Below the pieces are notes generated by a model. It ran no database searches and was not told where the DNA came from. It worked only from the letters and a program-made list of their open reading frames with translations. The translations under genes were made by a program, and so were the position numbers. A DNA stretch of 64,000 nt, taken from positions 31,380,840 through 31,444,839 of the forward strand of contig NC_068994.1 of assembly GCF_001194135.2 (NCBI RefSeq), written 5' to 3'. Below, piece after piece: positions 1-12,671 of this stretch. Source of the DNA: Octopus bimaculoides (taxonomy: Eukaryota). Positions within the stretch are counted from its first letter, which is position 1, and the number at the start of each line of letters is the position of its first letter.

Positions 1-402
1 AGGAATTGAACTTATGATCATAAGCCATATACCCTAACCACTAAGCCACACATTTTCATATAGATTGACCACAGCCCATTGGATGGGATAATTAAAAGAT
101 ATATGATTTTATGAGGGAATGGAGAAGTCAGTTTAATGTTTGGTAGGTTCTTGCATGAATTCCATTCCTTCATTAAAATTATTAATATTTATTCTGTTGG
201 TGTACATACCTTGGGCTTGTGAAGTGCTCCACTATTAAGTAGCTAATGAGTAATCAGTCATTAATTTGCTGATTAAAAGGTGTAGATTTTTATGCCATTT
301 TTTGAACATTTTGTTAGCCAGGTTCTTGCATAAAGAGTATTGCTGAGGTGATCACCTGAATTTTATTTATCCCCGCACTTGTATATATACATACATACAT
401 AT

Positions 403-786
403 AGGCACATTGTGGCTGTGTGGTAAGTAGCTTGCCTACCAACCACATGGTTCCGGGTTCAGTCCCACTGCATGGCACCTAGGGCAAGTGTCTTCTACTA
501 TAGCCTCGGGCCGACCAAAGCCTTGTGAGTGGATTTGGTAGACGGAAACTGAAAGAAGCCCGTCGTATATATGTATATATATGTATGTGTTTGTGTGTCT
601 GTATTTGTCCCCCTAGCATTGCTTGACAACCGATGCTGGTGTGTTTATGTCCCCGTAACTTAGCGGTTCGGCAAAAGAGACCGATAGAATAAGTACTAGG
701 CTTACAAAGAATAAGTCCCGGGGTCGATTTGCTCGACTAAAGGCGGTGCTCCAGCATGGCTGCAGTCAAATGACTGAAGCAAATAN
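403..786 (+). mobile_element. tRNA-derived SINE, family A (near full length)
   Basis: tRNA-like head (TGGCTGTGTGGTAAG...GGTTCAGTCCC), central ctatagcctcgggccgaccaaagcc motif, internal (TA/TG)n, 3' tail ...gcagtcaaatgactgaa. Many homologous copies elsewhere in the window. Confidence 0.9.
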
Positions 787-2567
787 NNNNNNNNNATATA
801 TATATGGATAGACACACATATATATGCAAAAACATTTCCTTAGCGTTAATGGACATCCTGTAACTGATTGGTAATTCAGTCTTGGTCAGGTTTACTTATT
901 GGCCACTATTCCAAGTTTTAAATGTCTGCAGTTCTCCCACAACTCCTGGGATGAGCATAAGGTTGTGGCTATTAGAGGTGTTGTTACAAGTACTGGCCCC
1001 TAAACAGCTGTGTGATTGCCTCAGGGAGTGTTATGATGGAAATGGCCTGATAACAGCATTTAGGAATGAGCTTTCTGAACACCAAATTCCTCACTGATCT
1101 CCTCATTATTATCCCCTTTATGCACACCCCCTACATTTCTCACCCATAATCTATCCAAACATTTTCTAATTGAAATAATCATAATAGATCTGGAAAAACA
1201 TTATCACTGCTAAGAAATGGCAATAACCATTATAGTAATTAAGGGATATAGTACAGGTTGAACCTCTTTAATTCAGCAAACTTAGGACCTGACCATTACT
1301 AGATTACAGAAAATTCTGTACTACAAAAACTGATCTTTGAGTGACCCATTAAAAGAATCCTCTATGTAACCATATGTATGCAACATATATATATTGCAGC
1401 AACCTTTCAAAGTTTGCCACTCTTTAAACTTTGCTAGCTTTCATTTTCAGCAAAAAACTTTAGAATTTGTTCTTTTAATTTCTTTAAATCATACACAGTC
1501 AATGATCTGACACCACAGTATTCACACAAGCTCACTACTGAAGTTCCTTTCTCTATAACTCCACCTTTTCAAGCATAGATAATACTTTATGTTCATGCTT
1601 TTTAACATTAACACCATCTTCTGTATGTTTTGGTCTCTTGGATGACCTCCTGATGAACTGAAATACAGTTGGATATATAAAATTTACAGAATTGTGTCAG
1701 GCACTCAGCTGGTGTAAACATAAATAAACCTGTATAAACATAAATAAACCTTGCGCTTAACATTACCACCCCAGTGGTAGGTCTGCAAACTAATGGTAGC
1801 AGATACAAAATGTGTCAGACATAAATATTCAAGAACTGTAGAGTACTTAATGCAAAAGTTAAAGGACAAACGTTGAATTGTTCAGTGTTCAAGAATAATA
1901 AGCAGATATTCCTCTACTGTGTTTGGCTTGTCTTTGCAACAAGCCATACACAGAAATCAGAAATGCACCTTATCCAATTCTGTCACATTTGGATTTTGCT
2001 ATAAATTGATCCATTTTATTAGGGCTTTGTAGTATCTCTTCTCACTTGTATCTCGTTTATTTTTTAAAATCATTAATAGCAATGTAGCTATTCTGTTCAT
2101 CATGACTGATAGCTTACTACACATTCTGTGTTGTTTGGAGATCTCAACTCAGGTTTTCCAAACTAGGTACAAAGCAGAGAATAATTAAGTTAGTGTTAAC
2201 ATATCAAATGACATGAACATCAAAAACCTTATAAGAAACAATAACATAGAGAAGAGAGGAAAGAGGAGCACAACCTCAATGCTTAATATTATTTTAATTG
2301 TTGTGGCAAAAATTGGAGACAATTACAATGTTGTTTCGGTCTTGTTAAACCTTCTCAGTGAAGCACATTTCACAACATTTGCTTAAGTTGTGATAAAGGA
2401 ATTACTAAGTATAGTTAGAGAAATTAAATATGCTAGTTTTCCACACCTACACAGATTACTATATTGTAATCTTATGGAGTAATTTTCTCATCAATACTTC
2501 AAAAAAAGTACAGCCAGCCATCACTCACAAATGAGTATGGCTTAATAACATCCACTACATTTTTGCT

Positions 2568-2838
2568 AGGCTGTGTAGTAAGTAGCTTGCTTACCAACCA
2601 CATGATTCTGGGTTCAGTCCCACTGCGTGGCACCTTGGGCAGGTGTCTTCTACTATAGCCTCGGGCCGACCAAAACCTGAGTGGATTTGGTAGACGGAAA
2701 CTGAAAGAAGCCCGCCGTATATGTATATGTGTGTATATGTTTGTGTGTCTGTGTTTGTCCACCCCAACCAACATTGCTTGACAACCGATGCTGGTGTGTT
2801 TACATCCCTGTCAAATAACTGAAACAAATAAAAGAATA
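2568..2838 (+). mobile_element. SINE family A copy, internally deleted
   Basis: Colinear with 403-786 through the head and centre, then jumps to the tail (actgaaacaaataaaag). Confidence 0.85.
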
Positions 2839-2949
2839 ATTGCTTGAGGTACCTATGTAGTTACAAGCTTACATGGACAGCCCCTTGGTACAGCAGAGCA
2901 ATCCAAGAAGAGAGAGGGCTGCTACTCATTACTGTTGAATAAACACGAA

Positions 2950-3065
2950 GGCATGTGGCCTAGTAGTTAGGGTGTTTGATTTATAATCATAAATTTGTAG
3001 ATTCAGTTCTTGGACAGAACTGTGCATTGGGTTTTTGAGCAAGCCACTTCATTTCATGTTGCTTG
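2950..3065 (+). mobile_element. Degenerate tRNA-derived SINE head (family B1-like)
   Basis: ggcatgtggcctagtagttagggtg...ttgagcaagccacttcatttcatgttgc resembles the head of the 28334-28656 copy. Confidence 0.6.
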
Positions 3066-3442
3066 ATTATAATGAGTATCAGCCAGGAAGCTAGTACAGC
3101 ACCCCAATTTTCTCTCTCTCTCCACCTGTTACATCCTGAATATTCAGCTGGACCAAAAATGAGGGACCGAGAGGGTGTCTATGTTTACTTGCAACTACAT
3201 TGAGACATAAAACAATTAGTGAAATTATGGTACATGTTACTTAACTATATTCACACAAGAGTTGGTTGTACTTTGATAAGTGCAGTGAAACCTATGCTTC
3301 ACTGAGAAAACCTAATAAAACTGAAACATTTCCAATGTTGTCTCCTGTATTTTGCCAAACTGATTAGAATATATATAAAAAAAAAATATTCATTAAGTTC
3401 ACAGCATTAGTATTTCTAATTAGGTTTTTCATACATACTTTA

Positions 3443-3663
3443 CCCTTTTGTTACCAACCCGGCTGAAACCGGCTCTGGCTCTGAGTACAAATGTCTTGTT
3501 TTCATAAGTTTTGAATTAAAATCTTCCACCAAAACTTAGTCACAGTTTATGTTCCTAACACTAGCTGAATGATAACTAAGTTATTTCACTAAATTCTTTG
3601 TTTATATTTCAAGTAATTGAAAGAAACACAGAGCATCTCAAAATAAATACAGTAACGAAAGGG
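3443..3663. mobile_element. piggyBac-type MITE
   Basis: TIRs CCCTTTTGTTAC / GTAACGAAAGGG; flanks TTTA (3439-3442) and TTAA (3664-3667). Confidence 0.8.
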
Positions 3664-3964
3664 TTAACTGTTGATTTTCATGAAGTGTGCAAATTTTATA
3701 ATCCTAAAGGATGAGAAGGAGGAAATGTTTTGACATTGGAGAAGATAATNNNNNNNNNNNNNNNNNNNNNNNNNNNNNNNNNNNNNNNNNNNNNNNNNNN
3801 NNNNNNNNNNNNNNNNNNNNNNNNNNNNNNNNNNNNNNNNNNNNNNNNNNNNNNNNNNNCATAATGTTAAATAGCTTATAAGTATTTACTAAAAGGTGAA
3901 AAAACATGTCTGCGTGTATTTTAGTTTTTAGCTTTAGAATAAATCTAGTAACAGGAGTTATTTT

Positions 3965-4085
3965 TTATCTTCTACTTGTTTCAGTCACTGGACTACAACC
4001 ATGCTGGGGCACTACCTTGAAAAGTATTAATTGAACAAATTGACCTTAGTACTTACATTTTATAAAGTTTGGTTTTTATTCTAAG
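3965..4085 (-). mobile_element. SINE family A 3' tail fragment
   Basis: Reverse complement of the family A tail (cttgtttcagtca...ccatgctgg...). Confidence 0.7.
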
Positions 4086-4525
4086 TCTTTTTTTTCTTTT
4101 TTTTTTTCTAGTTCTTACAATTTGCATTTTTTACAGTTTATATAATTGCCATTATGCATACTGAAACATACACACTCTATCTCACACACACACTTTCTAG
4201 GCTGCATCCAGAGAAAAGTTATTCAACTGACTGGCATAAAGTTATTCACAAACATGCTCTTACTTCTGGCCCTTAACCCTAATTGCTTTTACTCCACTCA
4301 GGCACTCCTGACTCTTTCATCTCTCTTCTCCTCATTATCCATGTGTATGTCCAACACCTCAGGAGCCACATTCACTACTAAATTAGGATGTTATGGTCTG
4401 GAACTCCTTCCTGCAGGTGTCAACTTGCAAAGTTCAAGTGGAGCATTATGAAAACTGGAATTTCAACAACATCAGCAGGATATTTTTGTATGTATGTATG
4501 TACATGCATGCATGCATACATAAAT

Positions 4526-4942
4526 GTAGTGTGAGATTATAATTTGATGATACTTTTGTTAAAAGTTCTATTGGAGGTTTTTGTGAAAATGATTTTTAAT
4601 GTAATGGGAAAAAAGGATCAATCTATTGGTTTAACTACAGTTAAATTAAGTGGTGGGTTATACCACATTATATTCCTTATTCTATTTTTGCTTCTATTCC
4701 TATTATTGTTATAATTTATTGATTGGATATGTTTAGTTACACACACACACACATACATAATAGTAGGAATAGAAGCAAAAATAGAGTAAGGAATATAATG
4801 TGGTATAACCCACCACTTAATTTAACTCCAGTTAAATCAATAGCCTGATTCTTTTTTCCATGACATTAAAAATGATTTCCATGAAAACCCAATACTATGG
4901 AACTTTTAATAAAAGTATCATAAAATTATCTTACCATACTAC
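4526..4942. repeat. Fold-back inverted repeat (arms 4526-4707 and 4759-4942)
   Basis: The arms are reverse complements; the inner 69 nt differ at only 2 positions, the outer parts are more diverged. Confidence 0.9.
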
Positions 4943-7900
4943 ACCTAATTTTATGCAAACCCTTACGACCTCTGATCTAAAAAAGTTCAGTTTTACAAAG
5001 TATAGTATACAGGCATGCCATTAGTAACTTCATGAAGCAAAGTAGCTGCTTTTTAGAAAATGGGTGCCTTGTTGATAACACAATGTATAAATGCAATGTT
5101 ACCAGTAATAACTCAACACAAACACACACACCACACATATGTGTGTATATATATATATATACGTATGTATGAATGTGTGTGTAGTAGTGGCAGTAGTAGT
5201 AGTAGTTGGAGGAGGAGGAGGAGGTTCCGTTTTTACAGCTTTTAAACTATGTTGCAACAACCAACAATTGCAGTCTTTCATTTTGAAACCCAAATAGAAA
5301 AAAATGAAACATTACAATCAAACTGCATTCCTTAAGAGGAAAATGGTGTCTGGAAATCAGAGAACTTAACTGGTTATCTTAAACTTACTTTATCTATGCT
5401 CCACTATCACAACTTTTCTATATTTACAGATCCCATTCCATTATTTATCACAAATTTCATTTGGATAGTATGTATAGAGCAAAACGTTTGGCCATGGGTA
5501 TTGAATCATTTTAATGTAATAATGCGCACTAATATTCGTGATATTAAACTCTCTCTCCCTCTCTCTTTTCTCTCTCTCTCTCTCTCTCTCGTGAGTTCTG
5601 TAATTCAGCGTTGCTTCCACTTGTGACTATTTTTTACATTTATACATATATACATACACACACGAGAGAGAGAGCAGATCTTCTTTGATATATAAACCTA
5701 AATTCGATGACGGCGTAACCCTAAACACCGGGTGTGCGTATTCTTTACCTTCGCCTCGATTACCTTGTTCAGCGAAGTTTGTATTGTAAAGGAAACAATG
5801 TGTTCGATTTGAGATAGTCGTTAAATTTATTCCGTAAACAATTTTTAGTCGTGGATTTACAAGATCAAGCGTTTTCCTGTTTTGCTATTTGATAACAAAA
5901 ACTAAATAAATTAGCGGGTAGACAATACAAACCCTCATAGACTGGTGAGATTAATGAGGGTCCAACCTGGACACCTTCGGGAAAATAGTAGGTAGGGATG
6001 GGGACCACTAACCGCAAAGTTCTTGAGAACGTTAGCAGCTCACCCCGCAGAGGTGTCAGGTGATGCCCGTGAGGGAGCCTGGCTTTCACAATGCCTGAGC
6101 CTCGCCATCACCCGTGGTAATGCTGCGAGCTTCAGTAGATTCTGTTAAACCTTGTGGTGTGCGACCAGTGATAATTCTTAGAGAAGCTTTTCATACAGAT
6201 CTGAGAGTGATAGCATTTATCATATGTATGAGTACATTTGTGAAGATTAAAGTCACTGGTACCAGGGAATATTTGATCAGTCGTATGGTCTGAATGCTTA
6301 CCGAAAGTGAAACTTCACTAGACGCAATCCTGGACTAAGGTGTGTGAGTGTTAAACTAGAAGCAGACGGTAAATGGCTGGGCGTGTATGTGTAAGCGTAC
6401 ACGCGCGTGCGTATGCAGGAGTGGCATGTTAGTGTATTAGTGTGTACAAATGGCTATCAGAGCACAGAAACTGTCCTCTGAGGGTTTTTTTAATTTATTT
6501 TGAACAACTATTCAACATGAAAGGAGCGTTCGTAGGTCTTATTGAATACAAGACAAAGCTGTGAGATTCAACAACAGCAAAAAGAACAAAACAGAATTTG
6601 AAATAACAGTATATTTTGTCATTCGTGAGGAATAATTTACATTCGGAACTTGCGTTCCTCAGCACCGCTTTAGAATTATTCCGGCATCTTTCGGAAACTT
6701 AAAATATTCATTGGAGGTTTGTGTCACTTTGATACATAAGCGTGGGTGTATACATACACACAGACATACACACAGATACACACACACGCACACACAAACA
6801 CACACACGTGTATGTGTTTGTATGAAATATATTTATGTTTGTATACATATGTGTGTTTGTTTATATATATGTATATATATAGTTCTTTGAAAAGAAATTC
6901 TTCCCACCATTGAATCCTTTACGTATTGGATATGTACATATATTGGTGATTGATCTCAAACCATTGAATAAGGTGATCGAGTTAAAGTTTTCACACTGTC
7001 TTCACCATTGTTTAATCTCCAAACCGTTTATTTATTATTTTTAATATCGAGATATTACCATCTTCTTGGTACGGTCTGATCTTTATTGTCCGTTGTTGAT
7101 GCTGTGGACGTTGTTGTTGATGTCTGGGACAGTCCTATGAATGTTGCTGACAAAGTTGGTTTTATTTTTATTGCTATTTGGTTCCAATCCAATACCCTGA
7201 TCAAAAGCATTGCTGTCATGACCAATACACGGTTTTAGTGATATAAAGGACTACATTATCTGATTCTATCATGTCCTTGTTTAGACGGCAGAATGTGATT
7301 TTTGTGAGATTTTGTTTTTTGTTTTCTAACTGGTCCAGCTACCAGGTAGAGGCTCCCTTGTTGAGTCGTATGGCTGCAGTATAATGTTCAAGCTATTGAT
7401 ATGTTGCACTAGAGAATCTATGGTTAAAACAAATTTATATCATAAAAGATGTTTATCCCCAGTCTTATTTTAAATCACTATGGGCCTGCATAGGATGTTG
7501 TATGGTGATAGTTCGGACATGTCCTACTAGGATTATTTCACAGCTTGATTTGACAAACCAATAAAGTAGTTTTTACATGCTTTCTCAACATGCTAGAAAT
7601 AGAACAAATTTCCTTCCAGCCATTATACACTACCGTTTAAAAAGAAAAAAAAATTAAATAGTACCCAATGTAGTCTCAGGTGTTTTATATCTGGAAAGGC
7701 AAGGATGTCACGGTTGGCTTTTGATCAATAGGGCTGTTCTGTCAGCGCTGGGCTGCGGTCAAACATCAACAATTTCATTTTGTGTCTGGATATGAAGTTA
7801 AGCGGTGATCGTAACAAGCAGACAAGTTATACTCGATCGCTTTGTAGTGTATTTCGTGGTTCCGGAATTGTCATAGAAGGCTAGCTGTTCTCAGAGAAAA

Positions 7901-9492
7901 TAATCACTGGAGCGAATTTTGTCGTCGTCGTCGTGCACTGCTTATCTACAGCTACATTATCGTTTGGTCCAGAATGTGGTGTGATGAAGATGATTTGGTT
8001 GTTATTTCTAGCAAGCTGAGCGACCACACTGAGGATTTTCTATTGATTCGTAGTTTGTGTATTGTTGTGTTGCTGGCGTGCATTAGGGTGTTGCTAACGT
8101 GAATAAGTTGTTGTTTAACCCCCAAATTGGAAAAGATCTATTACCATCCCATATTTTTCTCAAACTACTAATTATCTAATGTATCTTTCCCATTTTCAGA
8201 CGACAAGGTGCGGTTTTAGGGAGATTTGGCTGCTATTTCTAACAGATCAAGTGACCACGTAGGTGTTAGGTGTTGGTCGGTTACACCTGACTGCTGCTGT
8301 CATAATTGGTATCCATCCACGCATCAACAAGAATATTTTTGTTTTCTAATGCAGGTAAGTGTTATTATTGTTGTTTAGCCACTGGTCAGACTTATCTTTC
8401 ACTTGTTTCAGTCAGTAGACTGCGGCCATGCTGGGGCTAAGTTTGTCTCTTTTTTTTTTTTTAACCCAAGGCAGTGTATCTCGGATTTATAGTAATTTAA
8501 TCTCCTTTCTGTTTCAAAACGGTAGAATACACATTGAGGGAATTTTGGCTGCTAAGTTTTGCAGATCGAAAGACCACTTTCTCTCATTGCTGTAGCCCCA
8601 GGCCACCTTCTCATTTCAGAATTGCATAGGACTACATTATCTTATGTATTATTTCATTGGTAGAATGTAAATTGAAGGACCTTGGCTGCTATTTCTAGCT
8701 ACTTAACGACTGCATTGGGGTTCCTTCGTTGGCTCGGAATCTCTCGGTCGTTGTTGATCAGTAGATATGACATTAGTAGTAGTGTGTATGTATGTGTGTG
8801 TGTGTGTGTGTGAATACAGTTATTGTTTGGCTGCAAATCTCTCCAACGATGACCATCTTGTTTTATTTTTAGACTTAGTATATCCAAGACTATCCAATAT
8901 GTATCGTTTGTTGAGGAGGAGGGTTAGATTTTGCTGCTATTTTTAGCATGCCAACCGACCAGCCGCTTAGAAGCTCCTTCGTTGTCTTGCAGAGACTGCT
9001 ATGTTGGTTGTGTATGATGTTTTGAATATTTTAAATTTAATTGTTGGAAGCCCAGTCAAGTCTAATATTTGGTTCCTGATTTTGGTCAAATGTTAATGTT
9101 GAGGGAATTTTTTACAGACCGTGACCAAAAGTGTCCCAGCTGTGACTGTCCCTCTTATTCTCTATCCTGTCGAATAGTGTTGTGTCTCTTATCCGATGTA
9201 TCCGTTATCTAGTTCACAGTTGCTCCAAATGCTGGGCCTCGTAAGCGTAGCTACAGCAACTGCGAATCACGCTAGGCGAGGGGTGAGTTGTCCCAGCCGT
9301 GACCGTTCCTCTTGCTCTGTCTCTTATCTTATTGTGTAGTGTCTGAGGCCGATGCAGTCGTTATCTAAAACAGTCGAACAGCTGGAGCCTTCACAGTTAG
9401 GCCAAATACTGAACCTCACTAGGGTAGCTACGGCTACTGCGAATCAAACTAAGTGAGAGGTGGGTTGCAATGAAGATAGTCCGTTCTGGGTG

Positions 9493-9660
9493 GCGCTTTG
9501 GTAAATTTTCAGATTAACACCCGCACGATTTTCACTAGGGTGTTAGGGTTAGGGTTTTATAGTTAGGGTTACGGTTGCGGTTAGGGTTAGGGAATTCCGT
9601 CCCTAACCCTAACACCCTAGTGTAGATGGTGCGAGTGTTAATCTGAAAATTTACCGGCGC
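9493..9660. mobile_element. Short hairpin element enclosing TTAGGG-like repeats (possibly Helitron/Helentron-associated or a MITE)
   Basis: ~60 bp inverted arms (ggtaaattttcagattaacac...ctagggtgttagggttaggg versus its reverse complement) around a degenerate TTAGGG array. Confidence 0.65.
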
Positions 9661-10082
9661 TTTTATGAGGATAGCACTTTTGATTCTACTGTATAATCTT
9701 GTATGGTGGGTGATAAATTCAAGCGTTGCCTCGAGCGGCACACACTAGCAACGCCACTGGTGATTCGAGGTCGATTTGGCAGCTATTTCCAGTAAGGTGA
9801 GTGACTCCTTTGGTCAAATGCTGTACTAGTGATCGGTTTGATTGCGATTTAACTGTGACTGTAGTTCTATGTGTTGTTTAGACAACAATAATGCGTGTGG
9901 GGGACGTTACCATGCGTAATGTTTGGTATAAAGTAATGGTTTCTAGTGTTTCTTGTGGGTAGTGCCTATACTGTTGTTTAACTCTGGTCGAGCAGACCTA
10001 TACTCAAGGATTTCCAGATGTGACCATCGCATCTTTTTTGTGTATCAGGGAATACATTGTTCAATGTATCATTCTTTATTGT

Positions 10083-10430
10083 GAGGCGGACGTAAAGAAT
10101 GTGGATCGCGCCCCCTTTCGTTTTTTTTTTTTTTTCTACAGAATTCCCCATTTTCGAGTTCGGAGATTCTGATTCTGCAAAAAACAAAAAACAAAAAAAC
10201 AGCATTTTAAAATTTTAATCCCCCACCTCCGTATTTTTCTATGTATTTCACAATAAAAAAAAAATTTCTGAAAAAAGTGAAAATTGAAGAATTTGGGCGG
10301 GGAAATTAAAATTTTAAAATGCTGTTTTTTTTTTTCTTGCAGAATCAGAATTTCCGTATTCGAAAATGGGGGATTCTGTTTAAAAAAAAAACGAAAGTAG
10401 GTGCGATCCACATTCTTTACGTCTGCCTGG
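10083..10430. mobile_element. Fold-back MITE
   Basis: ~145 bp inverted arms beginning aggcggacgtaaagaatgtggatcgc and ending gcgatccacattctttacgtctgcct; ttgt(g) on both flanks; interrupts a copy of the 200 bp repeat. Confidence 0.8.
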
Positions 10431-10782
10431 TTGTGATTTGATGGATATTTGGATGTTATTTCTAGCAAATCGAGCGATTACGTAAAGGTTTTCTTCATTT
10501 GACCCATCATGCAGCAGTGACTATTATGTGCAGATTTTTTTTGCAAAACCAGGGTTCAAATATTTTCAGGCATAATTTGTAATTAGTAGCACATTCAGCA
10601 TGTGTGAGTGCGTACGTACATATGTATGTATGCAGTACATGTTAGTTGAGGAGTTGAGGCGAAAGGGTTTTTTTTTTCTTTAATATGTTTCTTGAGAAAT
10701 ATTTTAACACTATTTTTTTGGATGAGCGAGTTAATTAGTGAATGATGTGTTGAGTTGCTATTATTATTGTGTAGTTAGAGCT

Positions 10783-11886
10783 GTCTATGTATAGACCAAA
10801 AGTAGCCAGAGACATACAGTCTAAAGGAAACATCCACAATCTCTCCAATCTGAACTTAACAAAGCAAACTAGAAATCAATCCAAAAAGAGATCTTCAGAC
10901 AGGACTGGCCGAAATGTCTGTTATGCAAACCTTATGCCAGAAATATGTCCCAGAGCACAAGGCCAACACAAAAAGAAACAAGATTCCAAGGGAGAGGATG
11001 ATCCTCATGAGATGACAGACGAAGGGTGTAAAAAGCCTGCAACAATCCTATGGGAAGGAGAGAGCAGTGAAAGAAGCTTAGGTTATAAAAAACATTAAGT
11101 CAAACCCAAAGGCCTTCTTTCATTATGCCAAAGAAACAGCCTCAGTACACTGCAAAATAGGATCCCTCTTCCAAAAGGATGGCTCCATCACAGACAGTAC
11201 TGAATGACCAGTTCAAAAGTGTCTTTGCCACCCCGTTGGAACACAGACAAGTGAATGAACCAGTGGATTTCTTTGCCGCCTCACCTATAACCAACGAGGC
11301 AGTTATGATGGATTACATTGACATTGGTGAAGAAGATATACTACTGGCCATAGATGAGGTGGATGCAAACTCAACTGCTGGTCCTGATAGTTTCCCAGCA
11401 ATCCTCAAAGCATGTAAGCATGCCCTGGCAAAATCACTACAGATTCTCTTCCAGATCTTTCTTGCAAATGACAGGCTGCCAAGCAAACTGAAGGAGGGAA
11501 TAATATGCCCAATCCATAAAGGAGGAAGCAGAGCAGATGCCAAAAACTATAGGCCTATCTCTCTGACTTCACACATCAGCAAAGTCATGGAACAGATAGT
11601 CAGAGGGAAATTGATTGCATTCCTTGAAGAAAATGACTTGCTGACTGATAGCATGGCTTTTGACCAGGTAGGAGCTGCCTGATCCAGCTCTTACAGCACT
11701 ATAACTGGGTATTGAGGCAGGTACCCAACAACTCAAATATGGATGTAATATACCTTGACTTTGCAAAAGCTTTTGATAAAGTGGATTATGATATGATATA
11801 CCACAAACTGCGTGATCTTGGCGTAGCTGGAAAACTTGGAGAGTGGTTACATGACTTTCTGAAAGATAGAAGTCAGGCAGTAGTGG
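10783..11886 (+). mobile_element. CR1/L2-group non-LTR retrotransposon ORF2 (RT) fragment, frameshifted
   Basis: Motifs NPKAFFHY, AGPDSFPA, PIHKGG...KNYRPISLTS, DVIYLDFAKAFDKVD across ORFs 11179-11682 and 11712-11903. Confidence 0.9.
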
Positions 11887-12671
11887 CAGGGTTGCCAATT
11901 TAGCATGTTTTATGCTAGATCTAGCATTTTCTTTTTTCAGCATTTAGCAGAAAAGTTTTGAATCTAGCATTTAGCAGGGAAAATAGCAGGTTTAAAATTT
12001 TATTTAGCATTTTTTAGCATTTTTCTCTGATCATGACATTTCGACAATAGTTACCCTTTTTCTTCTTTTTCCTCCTTTTCTTTCGTTAATGTATCTTATA
12101 GCCAAATTTTAGTACTATCGGCTATTGTTGAATTTTTCTTTCCCTTTCTTGAAACTTCAAATGAAAGTTTATCAAAAGGAAGTTTATCAAGTTATGAACT
12201 TTTCCACCCCCACCGGCTAGGATACAGAGTGGTGTTGCTGGAGGGAGGGGGAGAAGATAACTCGTGTCAGCACCTGAACTCACTACGCAATAATGTAAAT
12301 ATGTTGCAAAGAATGAAAGCATGGAAATTCATCCTAACAATGCTTTATTCTGTAGTGATGAGTTTTTATCATGACAGATTGACTCGTTTACTTTCAGTTT
12401 GACTGTTTTAAAATAGGCCTGTGTTTTTTCATGCTTGTTTTGGATTATATATCTTGTATAGAAGTACGGGGGTGGTGGGGTCTCCCCCTTTATATTTCTA
12501 CTTACTTTTTTTTTTTCAAGTATTGTGGTTATTGTGGATATATTTGTGGTTTTACCAATAGATATTAAATGTAAGATTGGAAGTGAAATATGATGTTCCC
12601 AGGTTTATATCAGAACACAGTTTTAGGATTTCTGAAGATTTTACTTTTCCATTTATAAGTTGGCCACTCTG
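11887..12671. mobile_element. hAT-type non-autonomous element
   Basis: Imperfect TIRs CAGGGTTGCCA / TGGCCACTCTG (9 of 11 match) and multiple subterminal TAGCA repeats. No 8 bp TSD is visible. Confidence 0.6.

Larger units (their letters stand above)
7170..10500 (+). repeat. Cluster of about ten degenerate copies of a ~200 bp repeat family
   Basis: Recurring motif (ga)tttggctgctatttctagca...gagcgaccacgtagaggctcc near 7330, 7995, 8225, 8545, 8685, 8930, 9775 and 10450, plus one reversed copy near 7590. Confidence 0.7.

Noticed and set aside
6058-6102. C/D snoRNA-like motif (AGG-TGATGC...CTGA-GCCT)
   Set aside because: Box C is imperfect and the span is only about 45 nt, too short for a guide snoRNA.
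6285-6325. CTGAATG...CGAAAGTGAAAC hammerhead look-alike
   Set aside because: The core does not match CTGANGA and no consistent stems I and II can be drawn.
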